32,000 bases of DNA from an uncultured Chloroflexia bacterium (lineage in GTDB: Bacteria > Chloroflexota > Ktedonobacteria > Ktedonobacterales > JADMIN01): contig CAVRAI010000007.1 in NCBI GenBank assembly GCA_963718915.1, positions 450,001 to 482,000 of the forward strand, read 5' to 3'. How positions within the stretch are numbered: the first letter of the stretch is position 1; the number at the start of each line of letters is the position of its first letter. Shown one piece after another: positions 25,930 through 32,000 of the stretch. The position numbers and the translations under genes were made by a program. Under the pieces are notes generated by a model that made no database searches, was not told the DNA's origin, and saw only the letters and a list, made by a program, of their open reading frames with translations.

Positions 25930-26146
25930 GCGCGCGAAAGCATCCTGTATGTCTTTCGCGCGCGGTCGTTTTCCGCGCGTGCGTCAGCGAACGCTAGCGA
26001 TGGCCTGGCATGCATCGGCCTCTTTTCGGGACGATACCCGCGGCTTCTCTACAGCGTTTCCCCAGTATTGGGTCTGCCCCATTGATATGGGGCCGTGTTG
26101 GTCCGGACGCTAGAGGCGTGGCCGGACCGGAAAGAGGGTTAGAATT
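25930..26146 (+). promoter_or_regulatory. Roughly 210-nt highly structured leader (candidate cis-regulatory RNA or operator)
   Basis: An 11-bp perfect stem joins 25930-25940 to 25953-25963. A competing 7-bp stem joins 25959-25965 to 25973-25979. Further hairpins are GCCCCAT/ATGGGGC (26076-26093) and GGTCCGG/CCGGACC (26100-26128), just before the RBS. Confidence 0.4.
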
Positions 26147-26488
26147 TTGGCCACCGATCAGACACTCCGATGCCGCGACTGCGGTCGTGACTTCGTGTTC
26201 ACGGCGGGCGAGCAGGAGTTTTATGCCAGCAAAGGGCTGACACACACTCCCGCGCGTTGCCCGGAGTGCCGCACGGCGCGTAAATCGTCCATGTCCGGCG
26301 GATATGGCGGCGAGCGTGCTCCCCGTCAGATGTACACTGCCGTCTGCTCGAATTGCGGCGGTGAGGCGCGCGTGCCCTTCCAGCCGCGCGGCGACAAGCC
26401 GGTTTATTGCAGCGATTGTTACGCCCAGATGGGCGGGGGCGCCCGTGGGGGCGCGCGCAGCGGCGGTGGCTACAGCACCGGCTGGTAG
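26147..26488 (+). CDS. Double zinc-ribbon protein (N-terminal zf-trcl-like CxxC...CxxC, C-terminal CxxC-x17-CxxC domain) with a Gly/Arg-rich tail
   Basis: TTG 26147 follows AGAGGG. Motifs: CRDCGRDFVFTAGEQEFYASKG...CPECR and CSNCGGEARVPFQPRGDKPVYCSDCY. The tail is GGGARGGARSGGGY. Confidence 0.75.
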   Translation: MATDQTLRCRDCGRDFVFTAGEQEFYASKGLTHTPARCPECRTARKSSMSGGYGGERAPRQMYTAVCSNCGGEARVPFQPRGDKPVYCSDCYAQMGGGARGGARSGGGYSTGW

Positions 26489-26517
26489 TTCATCGCATCA
26501 CTCGCACAACGCTGGAG

Positions 26518-26548
26518 GCGCTCGATTTTCAGATCGGGCGCTTTTTTT
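26518..26548 (+). terminator. Rho-independent terminator of the zinc-ribbon gene
   Basis: GCGCTCGAT-tttcag-ATCGGGCGC (9 bp, one G:U) followed by TTTTTTT. Confidence 0.8.
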
Positions 26549-26601
26549 CTCGTATATCGCATTTCGTCCTCATCGGACATGCACTGGTCACTGGAATTTT
26601 C

Positions 26602-27456
26602 ATGCTCTCTTCAGCGATTCCTTTCTCCGAACGCTATCGGCTGGTCGTCGTAGATGTGGATGGCACCCTGCTTGATACCCAGCATCAGCTTCCACAGCGT
26701 GTCGCCGCCGCTATCCACGCAACGCGGCAACATGGCCTCGCTGTGGCGCTGGCCACGGGTAAGATGCTCCGCTCGGTTCGCCCATTGATCGAAGCAATGG
26801 ACCTGCGCGGGCCACAGATTACGCTCAACGGCGCGGCGCTCGTGCTCGCCGAGACGGGCGAGCCGCTGGTCTATCATCCGCTACGTCAGGAAGATCGGCG
26901 TGTCGCGATTGAGCTGACACGCGCATCTGCCCCGGACGTGCTCATCACGCACTTTATGCTGGATACCATCTTGGTCGATCAGCCGGATCATCCGCTGCTG
27001 CCGGTCTTGCTCTCGTATGGCGAGAAGCAGATTACGGCCGTCCCCTCGCTGCTGGCCGACGATCTGCCACCCGCCGCCAAGATTCTGCTTGTAGGCACGC
27101 ATGAACAACTCGGCAACCTGCGGCGCGTCGTCACACCAGTGCTGGAGCCGCGCGTCATCGTCACCACCACCGCGCCTGATTTTCTTGAGTTCTTCGACCC
27201 GGCGGCGGGCAAAGGCAACGGACTGGCGGCGCTACTCGACGTCTTGAAGCTGCCGCATGATGCCGTCATTGCCATCGGCGATGGCGAGAACGATTTGCCA
27301 CTGTTTGCGCAGGCCGGGCTGTCCGTCGCGATGGGCAACGCCAGCGCATCTGTTCAGCAGGCGGCCGACCTAGTGATCGGCAGCAACGATGCAGCGGGTG
27401 TCGCCGACTTTCTGGACGACCTGCTACAAGCGCGCATGACGCACGCAGGCGACTGA
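26602..27456 (+). CDS. Cof-type HAD-IIB family hydrolase (sugar-phosphate phosphatase-like)
   Basis: ATG 26602 is placed after the terminator. Motif I is VVVDVDGTLL, motif IV is GDGENDLPLF, and a cap domain lies between them. Confidence 0.8.
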   Translation: MLSSAIPFSERYRLVVVDVDGTLLDTQHQLPQRVAAAIHATRQHGLAVALATGKMLRSVRPLIEAMDLRGPQITLNGAALVLAETGEPLVYHPLRQEDRRVAIELTRASAPDVLITHFMLDTILVDQPDHPLLPVLLSYGEKQITAVPSLLADDLPPAAKILLVGTHEQLGNLRRVVTPVLEPRVIVTTTAPDFLEFFDPAAGKGNGLAALLDVLKLPHDAVIAIGDGENDLPLFAQAGLSVAMGNASASVQQAADLVIGSNDAAGVADFLDDLLQARMTHAGD

Positions 27457-27479
27457 GGGATTTTCCCGCTTCGGGCGGC

Positions 27480-27593
27480 GGCCCTCTCCCCGTAACCTCC
27501 TCCCTTTTAGGGGAGGGGGAATCAGACACAGATCCCTCTGGCTCCCCCCTCTCCTCGTAGGAGAGGGGCTGGGGGTGAGGTCAGCCCCTCGCC
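27480..27593. repeat. GC-rich C/T-G/A hairpin repeat, copy B (two stem-loops) between convergent genes
   Basis: Stems at 27496-27504/27511-27519 and CCCCTCTCC/GGAGAGGGG at 27546-27554/27560-27568. It shares a 12-mer and two 13-mers with 309-366. Confidence 0.8.
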
Positions 27594-27600
27594 ACCTTCG

Positions 27601-29214
27601 TCAGTCCGCGACGGGAATCGATGGCTCGGCGCCCGACTCTTCGGTTGCTTCGAGCCGCGATGTGCGGCCCTCCCATTTGAACGGCCAGCCAGGAAGCAGC
27701 GCCCCCAGCGCCATCGCCAGCAGGGCGAAGTAGAAAGTCAGCTTATAGGCGTTTTCGTAGCCTTTGATACTCTGCTGGCAGGCCTCCTGAAGCAGCGCCG
27801 CCAACTGCCGCGGAGATGGGCCGCCAGGAGCGCCCGTCGTCGGCGGCGTTGTCGGTATCGAAGCGGGCAGCGGCTGGCAGAGCGCGATGGGTGTTGCGCC
27901 GGAGCTTCGTGGCTGATCGAGGACAGTATTCTGATACTGCCTGATCTCTGATGACAACGCGGTCGCCAGGATCGTGGCCAGCACCGCGACGCCGATAGAC
28001 TGCACCACCTGTCGCGTCGCGTTCGAGAGGGAAGACGCCCGTGAATACTCGCGCTTCGTCACGACCGAGAGCGCCGCGACGACCGTCGTCTGTACCGTCA
28101 GCCCGAGCGCGAGACCCCGAATCGCCAGCAGCGCGAGAATCCAGCCAATGGAGGTATCCGCCGTGAGCTGCGAGAACTGCCAGGTGTTGAGCGCCAGCAA
28201 GCCAAAGCCGACCACCATCAGTGGGCGCGCGCCGACTTTGTCATAGAGCTTGCCAGCCAGCGGCACGACGACACCGGAAGCGAGGGCCAGCGGCAACAGG
28301 ATCACGCCAGTTTCAAGCGCGCTCTTGCCGCGCAGGGTCTGCAAATAGAGCGGCAGCAGGAACTCCGCGCCAAAGAGCGCCACCACCGAGACATAGCCGA
28401 CGACAGTCGCATTCAGGAAGACGGGGCGCTTGAAGAGCCGCAGATCGAGCAGCGGATCGCGCGCGACGAACAGCTCGATCAGAGTGAAGATAAGCAGCCC
28501 CACGCCCCCAATGGCGAAGAATACCAGCACTTTGGTGGATGTCCAGCCATCGTCGGCGGCAATCGAGGCGGCATAGAGGACTGAGCCAAAGCCAATTGTG
28601 GAGAAGATCAGGCCGAGCCAGTCGAAGACGGGGACGCGCTCGCTTCGCTGCTCCCGCAGAATCCGCGACGCCAGGACGATGCCAAGTAATCCAATTGGCA
28701 CATTGATAAAGAAGATGAAACGCCACAGATCCTGGTCAACCAGCCAGCCGCCCAGAATCGGGCCTAATGCGGGCGCGACCACCAGGGCGATCCCGAAGAT
28801 GCCATAGGCAAGCCCCTGTTCCTCCGGCTTGAACGCCCCGAAGAGCAGCGCCGTGCCCAAAGGGAGACTGAAACCGCCGCCTATACCTTGCACCGCGCGC
28901 GCCGCGATCAGGATGAAGATGTTTGAGGTAGGCGCGAACCCGCAGGCGAGCGAGCCCAGCACGAACAGGATCAGACCCAGCACATAGATGCGCTTGAGTC
29001 CGAAGCGGTCGCCCAGAAATCCCGCCAGCGGCGTACTGATGCCCAGCGCCATGGTATAGAGGCTGATGATCCATTGCGTGTCGCTCAGGCTGGTCTGGAA
29101 TTCCTCGCGAATGGTCGCCAGCGCGACATTGACAACGGTTGAGTCGAGAATGACCATGAAGATGCCAAAGATGACCGAGATCAGGACACCCCATTTGTAG
29201 TCGAGTCGCCGCAT
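27601..29214 (-). CDS. MFS transporter, DHA2 (EmrB/QacA-like, 14-TMS) drug:H+ antiporter family
   Basis: 537 aa with about 14 hydrophobic segments. Motif A-like GFLGDRFGLKR. GGAGGGAGGAG RBS. Confidence 0.85.
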   Translation of the reverse strand: MRRLDYKWGVLISVIFGIFMVILDSTVVNVALATIREEFQTSLSDTQWIISLYTMALGISTPLAGFLGDRFGLKRIYVLGLILFVLGSLACGFAPTSNIFILIAARAVQGIGGGFSLPLGTALLFGAFKPEEQGLAYGIFGIALVVAPALGPILGGWLVDQDLWRFIFFINVPIGLLGIVLASRILREQRSERVPVFDWLGLIFSTIGFGSVLYAASIAADDGWTSTKVLVFFAIGGVGLLIFTLIELFVARDPLLDLRLFKRPVFLNATVVGYVSVVALFGAEFLLPLYLQTLRGKSALETGVILLPLALASGVVVPLAGKLYDKVGARPLMVVGFGLLALNTWQFSQLTADTSIGWILALLAIRGLALGLTVQTTVVAALSVVTKREYSRASSLSNATRQVVQSIGVAVLATILATALSSEIRQYQNTVLDQPRSSGATPIALCQPLPASIPTTPPTTGAPGGPSPRQLAALLQEACQQSIKGYENAYKLTFYFALLAMALGALLPGWPFKWEGRTSRLEATEESGAEPSIPVAD

Positions 29215-29263
29215 AGCAGGTTGCTCCTCCCTCCAGCGGGCATGACGAATCTAGTTCGGCAAT

Positions 29264-29293
29264 AATATACCGTTCGGTATACGAATCTGACAA
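29264..29293 (-). promoter_or_regulatory. MFS promoter with an overlapping operator-like palindrome
   Basis: The minus strand has TTGTCA (29293-29288), an 18-nt spacer and TATATT (29269-29264). The palindrome TATACCG-TT-CGGTATA (29266-29281) covers the -10 and spacer. Confidence 0.55.
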
Positions 29294-29334
29294 GACCTGC
29301 TGGAAGGCACATTGCTTGTCGCGTGCAGCAGGCG

Positions 29335-30804
29335 TCAGTCGCCAGCAGCCGGGGTGGTTGCATTCGGCAGTGCGGGGCGGCGCGTATGCCACGAGGTCAC
29401 TCGCTGGTAGGCGTGGCCGAGCCGGAGGATGGGCGCCTCGCCGAAGCGTGATCCAATGATCTGCAAGCCGATGGGCAACCCATTGCTGGTGAAGCCGCAG
29501 GGCAGCGAGAGGGCAGGCTGGCCGCTCAAGTTGAAGGGGAAAGTGCAGCGGAGATTACCCTCCGGCACGATCTCGCCCCCGGCGCGCAGCGGCGTATCCG
29601 ACTCATCGGCCAGCGGCGCGGGCAGAGCCATCGTCGGCGTCAGCAAGACGTCCACCTGCTCCATCAGCGCCAGCATCTCCGCAGTGAATGCGCGGCGCGC
29701 CTGCTGGGCATGGATGTAGTCTCTGGCGGAAATCTCGGCGCCCGCCTCGATGTTCGCCCGCACCGTCGGCGCGTAGCGGTCGGCGCGCGTGGTGAGCCAG
29801 CCCATGTCGCTATGCCAGGTGTAGGCCTCGGGCCGCTGCACGCCGCGATAGACGCCGAAGAAGTCATCCATCGCCGCGGGCATTGCCAGCTCGACGACTG
29901 ACGCTCCCAGCGAGACGAAGACCTCGATGGCGGCGCGCACGGCAGCCTCAACCTCAGGATCGATTGGGCGGAAGAAATAGCTCGTGGGAACGCCGATTCG
30001 TGCGCCGCGGATGGCGGCTTCGGGCGTACGCGCATCGCTGAGCGCGGCGGTAAAGTTGAGTAGCGGCACATCAACGCTATCGGGATCGCTGGGATCGTAG
30101 CCCGCCAGCACATCCAGCAACAGCGCGCAGTCCGCCACCGTGCGCGCCATCGGCCCGACGACATCGAGCGACCAGCTTAGTGGCACGATGCCCGTCCGGC
30201 TGACAAGGCCGTAGGTCGGCTTGAGGCCGGTGACGCCACAACACGCGGCGGGGATGCGGATGGAGCCGCCAGTATCGGTGCCGAGTGCGCCGGGGCAGTC
30301 TCCCACAGCCAGCGCCGCCGCCGAGCCGCCGCTGCTGCCGCCGGGGATGTGCGCCGTGTTCCAGGGGTTGCGCGTCGGTGGGGTGTAGGTGCCGAACGCG
30401 AACTCATGGGTATTGGTCTTACAGAGGGCAATGGCGCCTGCCTGTGTGAGCCGGGTGACGACCGTAGCGTCCACATCGGGAATCCAGTCATCCAGCACGC
30501 GCGAGCCCGCAGTGGTCAGGACGCCACGGGTCGCGATCAGATCCTTGAGGGCAATGGGCAATCCGTGCAGCGGACCAACCCGCGCCTTCGCCCGTATAGC
30601 GGCATCGGCCTCGCGTGCATGGGCGAGCGCGGCGTCAGCCATCACCGTGACGCAGGCGTGGAGCGCCGGTTCGGTCTCGGCGATGCGTCTCAGGCAGGCG
30701 GTCACCAGCTCCTCGCTGGTCAGCACGCCCGTGCGTATGGCGTCGCGCGCCTCGGTCAGCGTCATGGTTTCTGGGGTTTCTGGCGCGGGAGATTGGCTTG
30801 TCAT
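29335..30804 (-). CDS. Amidase-signature (AS) family amidase, GatA-like
   Basis: GGSSGGSAAALA signature with typical flanks. The start is uncertain (ATG 30804, 30816 or GTG 30819). Confidence 0.85.
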   Translation of the reverse strand: MTSQSPAPETPETMTLTEARDAIRTGVLTSEELVTACLRRIAETEPALHACVTVMADAALAHAREADAAIRAKARVGPLHGLPIALKDLIATRGVLTTAGSRVLDDWIPDVDATVVTRLTQAGAIALCKTNTHEFAFGTYTPPTRNPWNTAHIPGGSSGGSAAALAVGDCPGALGTDTGGSIRIPAACCGVTGLKPTYGLVSRTGIVPLSWSLDVVGPMARTVADCALLLDVLAGYDPSDPDSVDVPLLNFTAALSDARTPEAAIRGARIGVPTSYFFRPIDPEVEAAVRAAIEVFVSLGASVVELAMPAAMDDFFGVYRGVQRPEAYTWHSDMGWLTTRADRYAPTVRANIEAGAEISARDYIHAQQARRAFTAEMLALMEQVDVLLTPTMALPAPLADESDTPLRAGGEIVPEGNLRCTFPFNLSGQPALSLPCGFTSNGLPIGLQIIGSRFGEAPILRLGHAYQRVTSWHTRRPALPNATTPAAGD

Positions 30805-30896
30805 GGCTCTTCCCATCACTGCTCACAAACGGCTCTTGCTCTCTCCTCAGCAGTATAGCCGATGTCCGCCACAGCAGTACATTACGCCCTTACCGT

Positions 30897-30924
30897 TTGA
30901 CAGCATTCGGACGCTGAGTATACT
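30897..30924 (+). promoter_or_regulatory. Near-consensus sigma70-type promoter
   Basis: TTGACA (30897-30902), 16-nt spacer, TATACT (30919-30924). Confidence 0.55.
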
Positions 30925-31046
30925 GGTGCGCAGGATTTCTGTTTACGACTATTCCCGCTATTCCGGGCGGCGTTTCGTCTGTAGCGCGGTGTTCGTAGTT
31001 CCTGGCTGCTATTGAGCCTGTGTCGGTTCATTCCAGGGAGCAAGAC

Positions 31047-31223
31047 ATGCCACAAATCTTCGCTGCCGCAATTCCCTCGCCATCGTCATCTTCATCGGCA
31101 GACCGACGCGCGCGGGCGTTGAAGATCCATGGACGCCGGGTATTGCTGGCTATCCTCATCCTGCTAGCGATTCTGCTGGCGCTGGCGTTTCTGCCTGACC
31201 TTGCGCAGGCGGCAAACCTCTGA
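31047..31223 (+). CDS. Possible small (58-aa) single-TM membrane protein
   Basis: ATG 31047 lies 7 nt after GGGAG. It has a Ser-rich N-terminus, a basic stretch, then VLLAILILLAILLALAFL. There is no homology evidence. Confidence 0.3.
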   Translation: MPQIFAAAIPSPSSSSSADRRARALKIHGRRVLLAILILLAILLALAFLPDLAQAANL

Positions 31224-31258
31224 GTTCCATCGTGACGGCAACCGCCACAAAGTTGCCT

Positions 31259-32000
31259 TTAGATATCGGCCAGCCGAATGCGAAACAATCCCGGCGGCGT
31301 AGCGTCTGTGGCGCCCTCCCAGAAGCGCGAGACGTAGAGGTACGTCGCGCCATCCCGACTGCCTGCCGCCTGCCCCTGCCAGCATAACCCACAGCTTTCA
31401 CGGGCAGTCACATCCAGTGGCGACGCCGCTGCCTTCCAGGTGCGGGCAACCGGATCCCAGACCCATAACCAGAACTTCGACATTGACGTGGAGGCCGCAT
31501 TACTCACTGGCGGCAGCCCAATTTGCGGATCAGTTCCCCACACCGCCAGCCGTCCATCTGGTAGCACGTCGAGCGCCTGCAGGATGCCCGCCCGTAGGTC
31601 GCTCGCGCCAGCGACCGGCAGCGGCGGCAAGAGCGTCCAGCTATGCCCATCGGCGCTCATCACAACACGTTCGCGATAGAGAGATGAGGGAAGTTGCTCA
31701 TGTTCGAGCGCATAGAAGGGGCGGTTCGCTGTCGGCCACGCGCTTCCCTGAGGTGGCGACGCGAGCAGGAATGTTCCCACACCATCGGGCAGCGTGCTTG
31801 TCTGATGCCAGGCGCCGCCCGCATCGGTCGAGGTCAAGAGTCCCGTGCTGGTTGTGTCAGGATAATGCAGTACGGTCATGGCCAGTGTATCGCCTGGGCC
31901 AATAGCTGGCATGAAGAAGAGCGTGTTCTCGCCCAGCCCGCGATCTGCCCGCACCCAGCTAGCCCCGTCGTCGTCGCTGCGTTCGAGCAGGCTGACCTGG
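31259..32000 (-). CDS. BNR/Asp-box repeat beta-propeller protein (sialidase/Ycf48-like fold), 5' part outside window
   Basis: The frame is open to the window edge. Asp-box motifs SxDxGxxW occur twice (STDAGGAW, and SDDDGASW encoded upstream of the track's Met). Confidence 0.6.
   Translation of the reverse strand, partial: QVSLLERSDDDGASWVRADRGLGENTLFFMPAIGPGDTLAMTVLHYPDTTSTGLLTSTDAGGAWHQTSTLPDGVGTFLLASPPQGSAWPTANRPFYALEHEQLPSSLYRERVVMSADGHSWTLLPPLPVAGASDLRAGILQALDVLPDGRLAVWGTDPQIGLPPVSNAASTSMSKFWLWVWDPVARTWKAAASPLDVTARESCGLCWQGQAAGSRDGATYLYVSRFWEGATDATPPGLFRIRLADI

Noticed and set aside
26407-26601. The long N-terminal extension of the HAD hydrolase ORF (track start 26407) overlapping the zinc-ribbon gene.
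   Set aside because: The extension overlaps another CDS and runs through a strong rho-independent terminator (26518-26548). The HAD motif I begins right after ATG 26602.

Overview
High-GC, gene-dense bacterial chromosomal window with about 30 protein genes. I recognised no rRNA, tRNA, CRISPR array, transposase or integrase. The protein repertoire (DUF2079, DUF2690, LAL-type LuxR, Pro/Gln-rich membrane proteins), strong GGAGG-type RBSs and CCCCTCCC/GGGAGGGG hairpin repeats suggest a Chloroflexota (Ktedonobacteria-like) or actinobacterium-like genome, but that is only a guess. Most genes are ordinary: a GltD-like Fe-S flavoprotein, LuxR/LAL regulator, SAM methyltransferase, aminotransferase, SDR-LOG operon, DUF5808-NfeD-flotillin operon, kinase-like protein, RidA, zinc-ribbon/RGG protein, Cof-type HAD, DHA2 MFS exporter, amidase and a BNR propeller protein. 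The accessory-looking stretch is about 4.7-10.8 kb. It holds an orphan OLD-family ATPase/Toprim nuclease with its own promoter, a VapBC module and a soluble two-HKD PLD-like enzyme. The firmest directly observed finding is that the AT-rich VapBC module is bracketed by perfect 20-bp direct repeats, one of which supplies the stop codon of the PLD-like gene. This looks like an insertion footprint with no recombinase present. Other items: single-nucleotide frameshifts in the gltD-like gene and in vapC; a near-consensus promoter with a roughly 210-nt leader containing mutually exclusive hairpins upstream of the zinc-ribbon/RGG gene; an 11-bp x3 tandem repeat upstream of a near-consensus promoter driving an uncharacterised secreted papain-like protein and partner; a His-rich loop in the NfeD-like protein; an operator-like palindrome over the MFS promoter; a 179-bp inverted-repeat element between convergent genes; and a dispersed GC-rich hairpin repeat family. 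All family assignments rest on motif recognition from memory, with no searches run. I cannot demonstrate a genuinely new multi-gene system from sequence alone. The candidates are ranked below.
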